This document shows, in pieces, positions 28,189 through 36,920 of a stretch of DNA of 64,000 bases (the stretch's first letter is position 1; every line of letters starts with the position of its first letter). A program made the translations under genes and the position numbers. A model generated the notes under the pieces. That model had not been told where the DNA came from. It did not search any database and worked only from the letters and a program-made list of their open reading frames with translations. Source of the DNA: Acutalibacteraceae bacterium (GTDB lineage: Bacteria > Actinomycetota > Coriobacteriia > Coriobacteriales > QAMH01); assembly GCA_963606965.1 (NCBI GenBank), contig CAVDAL010000120.1, positions 6,751 through 70,750 on the forward strand, in the 5' to 3' direction.

Positions 28189-28895
28189 TATTCCTCCTCC
28201 AAAAATTTAGCACCAACAAAATCTTTTTCATTACGCAACAAACTTTGAAGACCAAGTTCTGCTGGCGTGTAATATTTCCCATCTTCAAGCTTCAAATAAC
28301 ATTCATTTGAATCTTCTAACATGGCTTTATATTCATCTGGCTCAAGCATTTCAAGGCCGCTAAATTCATTTAAAATCTCTCCAACTTCAGCTGCAATAGC
28401 CAATGGAACGAATAATAAATATGCTTGACCCGCAGGTGCAAGATATGAATTTTCTCCAAGCTCAGAAGCTATAAAAGCAATTTTGCCTTCACAAATATCA
28501 ACCAAGTTTTTGTAAACTTTTTCAGCGTCTTTACCAAAAAGAAGCAAGCTAGCAAGCTTTCCTGTTTGATTTTCAAAAATCAAATCCTTGAAAATTTTCT
28601 TTTTGTCTTGCGCCAAATTTGCATGAGCTTCAAGCCATTCAAAATCTTCTTCAGCATTCTGTTCACTTGTCAATATTAAATATTCATTGTTACCAGTATT
28701 AATAACATGAATAAGGTCAATAACTTGAGCTTCAGAATTTAATAATAACCCACAGCTTGACCCAAATAATACATCGCAATTCTGAAAATCACCTGTAAAC
28801 ATTGTCTTTATGAATAATTTTGCATCTGCTCCAGCACATAAAAAAGTGCCGCATTCTTGCAAGCTATATGCAAATGTTTGTGCTTTAGCACACAT
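28188..28895 (-). CDS. Short GcvT/YgfZ-family (aminomethyltransferase-fold) protein
   Basis: The block order resembles GcvT: GTFLCAGADAKLFIKTMFTGDF, LLLNSEAQVIDLIHVINTGNNEYLILTSEQNAEEDFEWL and TPAELGLQSLLRNEKDFVGAKFL. I placed the start at the ATG at 28895, 7 nt after the DD-carboxypeptidase stop. The ORF-track start at 29036 overlaps the upstream gene by 134 nt. Confidence 0.6.
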   Translation of the reverse strand: MCAKAQTFAYSLQECGTFLCAGADAKLFIKTMFTGDFQNCDVLFGSSCGLLLNSEAQVIDLIHVINTGNNEYLILTSEQNAEEDFEWLEAHANLAQDKKKIFKDLIFENQTGKLASLLLFGKDAEKVYKNLVDICEGKIAFIASELGENSYLAPAGQAYLLFVPLAIAAEVGEILNEFSGLEMLEPDEYKAMLEDSNECYLKLEDGKYYTPAELGLQSLLRNEKDFVGAKFLEEE

Positions 28896-28902
28896 TGCTA
28901 TG

Positions 28903-30234
28903 TCACCCGTTTCTTGTCGCGTCTTTGCGAATTGATTTTTCCATACTTTCTTGGACTTCTTCACCAGACAGGTCGTCATTTCTTGTAACTTGAATTTCTT
29001 GAATATAAACAACACTATCTGCAATTGCATCATCACCTGTTACACAACCAATAAGGCGTACAGCAGATGTCCAAATTGTTGTTATAGCTAAAGGCGGAAG
29101 CTTTGTTTCAAGCGCAACTAAAGTCACAGAGCCAACAATAGAGTCGCCCTGCTTGAATGTTATTGTTCCAACATCTGAGCCTTTTGAAATTCCGCCACTA
29201 ATATCTTTTAAGCTAATTTCAACAGAAACATTGCCATCATAATCCAAAATTGTGCCGTAATAATCCTCTTTGATTCCAGCAGCAACTGTCTTATCTAAAT
29301 AAGCAGAAAGCGGAACGTCAACTAAAGTTTCCCCCGCTTTTGCAAACAAAGTTTTGCGGTAATGATTAAAACCCCATTCAAGCAATTTATATGAATCTGT
29401 AAAGCGTTCAGATTCATCACTGCACCCCAAGACAACGCAATAAAGTTGAATATCATCTTGCACAGCTGTTGAAGCAAGACAATATCCTGCATTATTTGTA
29501 TATCCAGTCTTGGTGCCTTTACATGCTTTCCAAGAATTCATCAATGAATTTGTCGAGCGAAATGTCTTCTTTTTGCCACTGTAAGAAACTGTAACTTTTT
29601 TCTTCCCTACAATTTCAGCAAATGTTGAATTTGTCATGCAATAGCGCTGCAAAACGCAAAGGTCATAAGCTGTTGAATAGTGATTGTCATCATCCAAGCC
29701 ATGAGGGTTTGTAAAATGCGTATTTGTCAGCCCCAGCTCTTTAGCTTTTTCATTCATTTTTTCAACAAATGAATCAACATCGCCATATGTAGCTTCTGCT
29801 AAAGCAATGCCTGCATCATTGCCAGAATGAACAAGCAAGCCACAAAGCAAGTCATAAATTGTTACAACGTAACCGGCCATTAATTCTGAAGTTGACTCGC
29901 CAACAGATGCTGCATTTGCAGAAATTTTTGTGGTCGAATTTATATCAACTCCACTTTCTAAAACAACAAGAGCTGTCATCATCTTTGTTACAGATGCCAT
30001 CGCATGCTTTTCATTAGCATTTCTAGACCATAAAACAGTGCCATCAGATGTACACAAAATTCCTTCTTCACAAGCAGAAGAAGGAGCTTCTGTAATTGTT
30101 AGACCGCGTTCTGTAACAGTTGTTGAACCAATGTAATCACTGCCATCAATTGCAGCATTTGCAGGCAATGCATATCCAAAGCATAATGCAAATGCAAAAA
30201 TGAAAGATATTAATATGTTAGCAACGCGCTTCAT
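28903..30234 (-). CDS. D-alanyl-D-alanine carboxypeptidase (PBP5-type, peptidase S11)
   Basis: The signal peptide ends ALPANA-A. The three catalytic motifs are present: SxxK (SVTKMM), SxN (HSGND) and KTG (KTGYT). Confidence 0.85.
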   Translation of the reverse strand: MKRVANILISFIFAFALCFGYALPANAAIDGSDYIGSTTVTERGLTITEAPSSACEEGILCTSDGTVLWSRNANEKHAMASVTKMMTALVVLESGVDINSTTKISANAASVGESTSELMAGYVVTIYDLLCGLLVHSGNDAGIALAEATYGDVDSFVEKMNEKAKELGLTNTHFTNPHGLDDDNHYSTAYDLCVLQRYCMTNSTFAEIVGKKKVTVSYSGKKKTFRSTNSLMNSWKACKGTKTGYTNNAGYCLASTAVQDDIQLYCVVLGCSDESERFTDSYKLLEWGFNHYRKTLFAKAGETLVDVPLSAYLDKTVAAGIKEDYYGTILDYDGNVSVEISLKDISGGISKGSDVGTITFKQGDSIVGSVTLVALETKLPPLAITTIWTSAVRLIGCVTGDDAIADSVVYIQEIQVTRNDDLSGEEVQESMEKSIRKDATRNG

Positions 30235-30252
30235 TAAATATATAAATCCAAC

Positions 30253-32781
30253 TTAACTTGATTTTTTAGTTTTCTTTGTATCAGAAGTTGATTCTTTAGT
30301 GCTAGATGTTACTTTTGTTCCAACGCTAATAATCTTATTCTGAGCAGAATAAACAGATTTAAACATGATATCGTGCAAAACTTCACCAGTCTTTGATTTA
30401 ACAAGATAATGAATCTTTATACTGCGACCATCTTGTCCATTCTGCTGAACTTTTGTTGTGCCTTTTGGCAAAGTATCATCGTTAACTTTGATTGTCTTCC
30501 ATTTTGCGCCTTCTTTCCACTTGCCGCGTTCGCAAGTGACCATGCGCCCGTCATTTGTACCCCATAAAGATACTGTTACTGTTTCTGAGCCATTAAATTT
30601 AGCGGAAAGAAGCAGGTAATTGCCTGTATCATTCACAAATTGCAAATCTGGCTCTTCCCAAGAAACAGTAGCATCTGCAAAGCCACTGTCGTCATATGCA
30701 GAAATATAAAAGTCATGATTAACACGAGATTCAATGCCAAGACCTGCATAGCAAGCTGCATTAAAAACACACGTAGCAACTTGGCAAACACCGCCGCCAA
30801 GCTGATCTTCATGCTTGCCATCGACAATAACAGGAGCTGCCTGGAAGCCTTTATCTTCTGTGCGCTCGCCCGTTGTTTGGTTAAATGACCAAGTTTCATC
30901 TGGAGCAATAATTGAATTGTTTATCAATTTGCACAAAAGAGCAATATTATTCATGCGAGCAGTATTGCCGCCCAAGGTAATTGACCAAGAGCTTAGCTTG
31001 TCTGTAATTTTCATATTTTCAGCATCTTGTGTTGTAAAGCTTGGCTCAATTGTTGTATCAACCAAAGTTACTGTTCTGTCTGTTTGTGTGCCAAATAAAA
31101 TGTCTTGAATCTTTAATGTTGCTTCATTTCTATTTGGACCTGTGCCAGTCTTACTTTTGACAATAACAACTTTATCTTTCTTAATCTTAAATGATGCATC
31201 CTTAGCACCACTAACAGCATCATCGCCTAAAATTTCCACAAGATAATTGTTTGCCGCTTCTTGATTAACATATGGTTGCAAAACCCATCCAGATTCAGAA
31301 TCTGTCGCATATGAAACATCATATTGAGTCTGCATATCTTCCGTTTTTTCTATTGTCTTTTCAGTGCCATCTGCAATGCTTAAAGCTTCATTGTCTTCCA
31401 AAATTTCTTTGTCTATCAAAGAAGCCAAAGTTTCAGAATCAAGTGTCCAAGACTTCGAGCCATATGTAATATCGACAGGCTGCGAAATTGCAGAATTTAC
31501 TTTTTCGATAACTTGATTTGCAGTCTGTTCGCTGATATGTATTTTTACAACTTTCATTGGAGCTAAGAAATAATCAACACTATCTTCCCCAAAAATTGCT
31601 TGAGTTAAACGCTCACAAAATGTCGCCTCGTCAATCAGCCAGCCATTATGACCTTCAACAAGCTCCATTTGCGAATCATTGACTTTAAAACTATATTCCT
31701 TTACCTTTTTGCCAATCTTTTTATTGACTGTGCTTTCAAAATCCTGCATTAAATTTGAACTTACAGAAACTTGCGCATCAATGTTCTTTAAATGCAGAGT
31801 TGCAAGCATTCTGTCAAAGATTAAAGTCCAGCCGCTGCGGCCTATTTCATATGCTTTGTTTGCTAAAGCTTCGCCATCGATATAAGAACCAACTGTGCCC
31901 TGTGTTATTTCCCACTTCTTTTCAGAGTCAGCATTTGGTGCAGCTTCCTGTGGGTTTTGCTCATTATAAACTTCATCCTGCAAGCCTTCATATCCATCAA
32001 GTTCTGCCGCTTTAGCGCTTGCATACATTGTGACTTCTGCATCATCAACTGCCGGAGTTAAAGCATCTGTTATTGCAGTGCTTGCCTCTTCAACAGTCAT
32101 GCCGCCAACGCTAACACCTTGCACCTTAATGCCGCTATGTATTGTGCCCCAGTTATGAATAAAGTCAAAAGCTCCGCCAGCAACAATTACAACCAAAACG
32201 CAAATTAATGCAATCTTGATTTTTGGTGGGATTGTAAAGCCAAAGGATTTCTTAGCTTTAGTTCCATTGCCACTGCTACTACTGCTGCGCGATTGATTAT
32301 TAGTAAGCGCGCGCTGCGTCTTAGAGCCATATGGCTGCCTTGGTTGTGAATATTTTGATTTTGAAGCAGCTCTATTTTGCGATGCTGAATAAGGACTCCT
32401 GCCCTGCTTTTGTGCGCCTGAATATGGACGTGTGGCAGAACTTGAGCGTGGTGTAGCGCTTGCTGAACGTGCAGATGAATTTGCGCGAGGCGCCGCGCTT
32501 CTTGTTTTTGGAGCTGCAGCAGATGAAGATTGCCTGCTAGAACTTGAAGTTCTTGTTCTTGATGTAGATGTTGCAGTTCTTGGCCTAGACGAAGCTGAAC
32601 TTCTTGTTTGATATTCAGAATTGCTACGTCGCTGGGACACACTGCGCCTTGCAGAACTAGAAGAACTTGAACGAGTTGAAGCACTGCCAGATGCAGCAGA
32701 ACCTGACCTGCTTGTGCGCGAGCGCTGCGAAGCAGAATTTGAGCTTGTCCGTCTTTGTTTATTGTCCCTTTTTTCAGCCAC
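30253..32781 (-). CDS. VanW/YoaR-family protein with G5 domain and long Ser/Arg-rich N-terminal tail
   Basis: The start is GTG at 32781, preceded by AGGAAAG. About 190 aa of S/R/T-rich low complexity come first, then one TM helix (IALICVLVVIVAGGAF). The VanW core is ETWSFNQTTGERT...GGGVCQVATCVFNAA. A G5-like C-terminus follows (LPKGTTKVQQNGQDGRSI). Confidence 0.8.
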   Translation of the reverse strand: MAEKRDNKQRRTSSNSASQRSRTSRSGSAASGSASTRSSSSSSARRSVSQRRSNSEYQTRSSASSRPRTATSTSRTRTSSSSRQSSSAAAPKTRSAAPRANSSARSASATPRSSSATRPYSGAQKQGRSPYSASQNRAASKSKYSQPRQPYGSKTQRALTNNQSRSSSSSGNGTKAKKSFGFTIPPKIKIALICVLVVIVAGGAFDFIHNWGTIHSGIKVQGVSVGGMTVEEASTAITDALTPAVDDAEVTMYASAKAAELDGYEGLQDEVYNEQNPQEAAPNADSEKKWEITQGTVGSYIDGEALANKAYEIGRSGWTLIFDRMLATLHLKNIDAQVSVSSNLMQDFESTVNKKIGKKVKEYSFKVNDSQMELVEGHNGWLIDEATFCERLTQAIFGEDSVDYFLAPMKVVKIHISEQTANQVIEKVNSAISQPVDITYGSKSWTLDSETLASLIDKEILEDNEALSIADGTEKTIEKTEDMQTQYDVSYATDSESGWVLQPYVNQEAANNYLVEILGDDAVSGAKDASFKIKKDKVVIVKSKTGTGPNRNEATLKIQDILFGTQTDRTVTLVDTTIEPSFTTQDAENMKITDKLSSWSITLGGNTARMNNIALLCKLINNSIIAPDETWSFNQTTGERTEDKGFQAAPVIVDGKHEDQLGGGVCQVATCVFNAACYAGLGIESRVNHDFYISAYDDSGFADATVSWEEPDLQFVNDTGNYLLLSAKFNGSETVTVSLWGTNDGRMVTCERGKWKEGAKWKTIKVNDDTLPKGTTKVQQNGQDGRSIKIHYLVKSKTGEVLHDIMFKSVYSAQNKIISVGTKVTSSTKESTSDTKKTKKSS

Positions 32782-32807
32782 GAATCTTTCCTAAAAAGTC
32801 TTTATAC

Positions 32808-32843
32808 ATAAACGAAAAGATTACCATCAATTTTGGTAATCTT
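32808..32843 (-). terminator. Intrinsic terminator between the pgsA-like gene and the vanW-like gene
   Basis: On the minus strand AAGATTACC-AAAATTGAT-GGTAATCTT is followed by TTCGTTTATG. Confidence 0.55.
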
Positions 32844-32879
32844 TACAGAATTTTTCAACTTGTTTTGCAAACGTATATT

Positions 32880-33521
32880 TTAGTTTCGCATTTGGGTTTT
32901 ATAATCGCGAAGCATTTTGAATCCTTTGATTTGATATACAGTAAATGCAATTAAAGAACATATCGCACCTGCATAAACAAACCAAATTCCAAGCAAGAAA
33001 TTCCCTGAGCCAAAGCCTGGTAACCACGGGCTTTCAATGATGTCTAAGCCAACAACTTCTGGCAAGCCTAGCATCAAAAAACAAAAGCCAAAAAGAAGCA
33101 AAGCCGTTGCGACTTTGCCGACATAAACAACGCTTGGAACTTTACCAACTGAACCAAGCATAACTTGCCCTTCTGCCACTAAAACTAAGTCACGTGTTAT
33201 AAGCAAAAGGACAATCCATATTGGCAGTCGACCCAAAACGCAGACCGATATCACACCTGTAGCAAGCAAGAATCGGTCCACGAATGGGTCAAACATTTTA
33301 CCTATTTTTGAAACTTGGTGAGTGCGCCTTGCAACTTGACCATCAACCCAGTCTGTACATGCAGCCAAAGCAAATACAACAAGAGCAGGTCCATTTGCAT
33401 GCAGATAAAAAAGCAACCACAAAAATACAGGTATCAACAAAAACCTAACAAGCGTAATGATGTTTGGAAGCGTCAATATCTTTTCTGTTACTTCTTCATC
33501 TTTAGTTAAATTTGCACTCAC
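32880..33521 (-). CDS. CDP-alcohol phosphatidyltransferase (PgsA-like)
   Basis: The motif DWVDGQVARR...GKMFDPFVDR matches D(x)2DG(x)2AR...G(x)3D(x)3D. The protein has several TM helices. The GTG start is preceded by GAGGGT and lies 24 nt after echF. Confidence 0.85.
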   Translation of the reverse strand: MSANLTKDEEVTEKILTLPNIITLVRFLLIPVFLWLLFYLHANGPALVVFALAACTDWVDGQVARRTHQVSKIGKMFDPFVDRFLLATGVISVCVLGRLPIWIVLLLITRDLVLVAEGQVMLGSVGKVPSVVYVGKVATALLLFGFCFLMLGLPEVVGLDIIESPWLPGFGSGNFLLGIWFVYAGAICSLIAFTVYQIKGFKMLRDYKTQMRN

Positions 33522-33545
33522 TTACATACCCTCATATCTTAATTT

Positions 33546-34010
33546 TTATTCATTGCCGCCTTCAGCCGCTGCAGCTTCTTTTGCTGCTTTGGCTTTTAAG
33601 GCAGCTTCCCTCTTGGCCTTTTTCTCTGCTTCTTTGCGTTCTTTTTCCGCCTGTTCTTCTGGAGTCAGAGGAGGTTTCTTATGAACCTCGGGCTCAAGTT
33701 TTGTCACAACAGGAGAATACTGATGTTTCATTATTAAGCAAGACTTTGGACAAGAACGCACACAAGAATCACAATAAATGCAGCTGTGTGGATGATATGT
33801 CCATGTTTCTTCCTCTTTATTAACTTCAATAGCATATGCAGGGCACTTGCGAGCGCACAGTCCACACAGAATGCAAGATTTCATGTCTGCCATTTCAATC
33901 CTGCCACGAGTGCGTTCAAATGGCTCGCGCTTTTGGAATGGATATTTAACTGTTGGAGCTTTTGTGAATAAGCTCTTCAGTGTCATACCACATAATTTAA
34001 ATACTCCCAT
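33546..34010 (-). CDS. echF: Ech-type hydrogenase subunit F (2x[4Fe-4S] ferredoxin, NuoI-like)
   Basis: Two Cys clusters are present, CILCGLCARKCP and CIYCDSCVRSCP. The C-terminal 45 aa form a Lys/Glu/Ala-rich tail. Confidence 0.85.
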   Translation of the reverse strand: MGVFKLCGMTLKSLFTKAPTVKYPFQKREPFERTRGRIEMADMKSCILCGLCARKCPAYAIEVNKEEETWTYHPHSCIYCDSCVRSCPKSCLIMKHQYSPVVTKLEPEVHKKPPLTPEEQAEKERKEAEKKAKREAALKAKAAKEAAAAEGGNE

Positions 34011-34022
34011 GGTTTATTCCTC

Positions 34023-35111
34023 CTATCTTTCTGTGCAGCTAATGCATGGGTCGATAGTAAGAATAATAATTGGAACATCTGCAAATTCGCAGCCGCCCAA
34101 TGCTGTAACAAGGCCAGCAAGATTTTGACTTGTTGGAGTGCGAATGCGCATGCGCTCTAAGAACTTAGTGCCATTGCCTTCTGAATAATAAAAGACTGTT
34201 CCTCTTGGCTGTTCAAGAGTAGACATTGCACGAGCGCCTGCTTCAGGAGCACCTTTAACAGGAACCATAACATCGCCATCTGGGATTTTAGAAACAAGTT
34301 CTTCAATGATGTCGATTGATTGCAAAACTTCTTTAATTCTTACTTCACAGCGAGCATAGCAGTCGCCTTGGTCAGACAAAACAGGCTCAAAAGCAGCTAA
34401 ATCTGCATATGCGCCGATAGACTTCAAGCGTTCATCAATTGCATAATTTGATGCACGAGCAAAAGGTCCAACCATTGAGCATTCAATTGCTTGTTCCTTG
34501 CTTAAATATCCAACGCCGACAAGACGATTTTTCACAGATGAATCAAGCAGGAATGTTTTTGAAAGAGTGTGGTATTCACCACGGATTTTTTGAAGAGTTG
34601 CAACCATACCTTGCAAGACTGAATTTTCAACATCTTGGCGAAAACCACCAACATCACAAGCACTGAAAATAACACGCCCGCCTGTTGTTGCTTCAAAAAT
34701 ATCTAGAACTTCTTCACGAAGACGCCATGCGTGCATAAATAAAGCTTCATATCCAAAAGCATCAGCCATTAAGCCAAGCCACAAAAGATGACTATGAATT
34801 CTGCTGAGTTCATGGAAGATTACGCGCAAATATTCCGCGCGATCTGTTACTTCAATGCCCATCAGTTGTTCAATGCATTGTGAATAACCCATTGAATGAC
34901 CAAAAGAGCAAATGCCACAGATGCGTTCTGTAATGTAAACAAATTGAGTATAGTCACGCTTTTCAACAAGTTTTTCAAGACCGCGATGAATAAATCCAAT
35001 TCTTGGAATTGCAGTTACAACTTTTTCATCTTCCATGACCAAATCCAAGTGAACTGGTTCAGGAAGAACAGGATGCTGAGGACCAAATGGAATGACAGTT
35101 CTCTTACTCAT
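34023..35111 (-). CDS. echE: Ech-type [NiFe] hydrogenase large subunit (NuoD-like)
   Basis: The N-terminal Ni-binding motif is RICGICSFGH. The C-terminal motif DPCISCTER sits at the very end of the protein. The ATG at 35111 overlaps the echD stop (ATGAGTAA). Confidence 0.9.
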   Translation of the reverse strand: MSKRTVIPFGPQHPVLPEPVHLDLVMEDEKVVTAIPRIGFIHRGLEKLVEKRDYTQFVYITERICGICSFGHSMGYSQCIEQLMGIEVTDRAEYLRVIFHELSRIHSHLLWLGLMADAFGYEALFMHAWRLREEVLDIFEATTGGRVIFSACDVGGFRQDVENSVLQGMVATLQKIRGEYHTLSKTFLLDSSVKNRLVGVGYLSKEQAIECSMVGPFARASNYAIDERLKSIGAYADLAAFEPVLSDQGDCYARCEVRIKEVLQSIDIIEELVSKIPDGDVMVPVKGAPEAGARAMSTLEQPRGTVFYYSEGNGTKFLERMRIRTPTSQNLAGLVTALGGCEFADVPIIILTIDPCISCTER

Positions 35112-35514
35112 CTGCTGCCTCCTTTCCATCTGCATCTTCTTTTGCTTTAGCTGCGCGTGGATTCATTGGATATGCAACAGCAACTGTATAGAAGTTACCT
35201 TCGAAATCAATTGAAATGTCATCGATTTCCACACCAAATAAATCATGTGTTTCATTTTCGAAAACAAAAGCAGCAGGATATAAAGATGTGATTGATGGAA
35301 CATGTTCGCCATCTGGCACATCGACAAGATAACCATGAATGCTATCGGCAGCATTTTTGCCGTCGTCATATGAATAAAGCAATTCACAAGAAGCTTCACG
35401 AACTATTGCGCAAATTTGAACAAAGGCAAGGCCTTCTTCTTTGCACTTTTTTGCAGTTGGAACAATTTCATCAATTGTTATTGTTTCAAAATTTGATTCT
35501 TGAAAACGAGGCAT
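35104..35514 (-). CDS. echD: Ech-type hydrogenase subunit D (NuoC-like)
   Basis: This 136-aa ORF has a NuoC-like block, FVFENETHDLFGVEI. It lies between the small and large subunit genes. Confidence 0.75.
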   Translation of the reverse strand: MPRFQESNFETITIDEIVPTAKKCKEEGLAFVQICAIVREASCELLYSYDDGKNAADSIHGYLVDVPDGEHVPSITSLYPAAFVFENETHDLFGVEIDDISIDFEGNFYTVAVAYPMNPRAAKAKEDADGKEAADE

Positions 35515-36030
35515 CTACTGCGCACCTCCTTCATCTGTATTAGCAACAGAAGCAAAAGCGCCAGATTCTGCATCATCAATATTGCGTGGCTTTTCAGCTG
35601 GAGCATTCTTCATTGCATTGCGCTTTTGTTCCAAAATCTCAATGCCAGCAACAACAGCATCCATTACAGCTTCTGGCCTTACAGAACAGCCGGAAACATA
35701 TGCATCAACAGGAATTACTGTGTCTGTGCCACCAGAAACGTTATAACATTTTTGGTAAACGCCACCGCCACATGCACAAGCGCCACAAGCAACAACAACT
35801 TTTGGCTCAAGCATCTGGTCATAAATTTGCTTTACAACTTTTTTATTTTGCTCATTAATAGCACCAGTTACGACAAATATATCTGCATGCTTTGGGTTAC
35901 CAGTATTGATAACACCAAAACGTTCCGCATCGTAAAGAGGTGTCAGAGCTGCCAACACTTCAATATCGCAACCATTACAACTAGATCCGTCATAGTGGAT
36001 AATCCACGGAGACTTTTTTGTACCTGACAT
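35515..36030 (-). CDS. echC: Ech-type hydrogenase small subunit (NuoB-like)
   Basis: NuoB-type [4Fe-4S] ligands are present: CNGCDIE, ACGACACGGG and SGCSVRP. Confidence 0.9.
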   Translation of the reverse strand: MSGTKKSPWIIHYDGSSCNGCDIEVLAALTPLYDAERFGVINTGNPKHADIFVVTGAINEQNKKVVKQIYDQMLEPKVVVACGACACGGGVYQKCYNVSGGTDTVIPVDAYVSGCSVRPEAVMDAVVAGIEILEQKRNAMKNAPAEKPRNIDDAESGAFASVANTDEGGAQ

Positions 36031-36042
36031 CTTTACACCCCC

Positions 36043-36918
36043 TTATATGAACAATAAATAGACAATATTTATGCCGCCCAAAATTAAAGCGACCAACCAA
36101 GAAGACTTCAACATTGCTTGCCATTTAACACGAGCAAAGTTGTTATCAATTAAAATTTCAAGGAACCAAACAACAAGGCAAACAATTACAGTAACTAAGA
36201 CTGCGACCCAGCCGCCTGCCCACATTGTAAACATCCCAATCCAGCCCAAAAACATTACTGTTTCATACCAGTGTGAAATTTCTACAAGAGCTAATGTGCG
36301 ACCAGAAAATTCTGTTGTTAAGCCACGAACAAGTTCTTGGTGAGCATGATGACTCATTGAAATATCAAATGGAGACTTGCGCAATTTGATTGTCAAAATA
36401 TATAAAAAGCCAATAAAGATTAATGGCAAATAACGAATGACTGGAACATCTGAAGCGATTATATCTTCAACTCTGAATGTTCCTGTTGCCATAAAGAGGC
36501 CAATCGCAACAAGCAAAACCATAGGTTCATAAGACATCACTTGAATAATTTCACGCGATGCGCCAAGGTCTGCATATGGTGACCTGCTTGAATATGCTGC
36601 AACAATCAAGAAAAGCGAGCCAAGAGTCAAAATGAATACACATAAAAGGAAGTTTGCGCCTGCAAAGAATGCAAGACCAGCCAAAATAATGAATATAAGA
36701 TAAAGCAAAACATACATGTCTTGCGCACCATTAACAGTGGCCTTTTCCTTCGACAAAAGCTTTTGAACATCATATAAAGGCTGTAAAATCTTTGGGCCTA
36801 CACGTCCTTGCATGCCAGCAGTAACTTTTCTATCAAGGCCTGCAAGAAAACAACCAATAATGGGAGCAGCAATAAAGAATGCCACCATGCCAATTACTGA
36901 ACCAATACCAATATGCAT
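36043..36918 (-). CDS. echB: Ech-type hydrogenase membrane subunit B (NuoH/HycD-like)
   Basis: The 291-aa polytopic protein has the NuoH-like N-terminus DRKVTAGMQGRVGP and the block ELVRGLTTEFSG. Confidence 0.85.
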   Translation of the reverse strand: MHIGIGSVIGMVAFFIAAPIIGCFLAGLDRKVTAGMQGRVGPKILQPLYDVQKLLSKEKATVNGAQDMYVLLYLIFIILAGLAFFAGANFLLCVFILTLGSLFLIVAAYSSRSPYADLGASREIIQVMSYEPMVLLVAIGLFMATGTFRVEDIIASDVPVIRYLPLIFIGFLYILTIKLRKSPFDISMSHHAHQELVRGLTTEFSGRTLALVEISHWYETVMFLGWIGMFTMWAGGWVAVLVTVIVCLVVWFLEILIDNNFARVKWQAMLKSSWLVALILGGINIVYLLFI

Positions 36919-36920
36919 GA

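Noticed and set aside
32205-32684. A 159-aa minus-strand ORF in an alternative frame of the vanW-like gene.
   Set aside because: It is a by-product of the low-complexity AGC/AGA/ACT-rich tract encoding the Ser/Arg tail. It has no independent start context.
35500-36027. A 175-aa plus-strand ORF almost exactly antisense to echC.
   Set aside because: The minus-strand product has clear NuoB Fe-S ligand motifs. The antisense translation is low-information (Asn/Ile/Ser/Cys-rich) with no SD. It is a shadow ORF.
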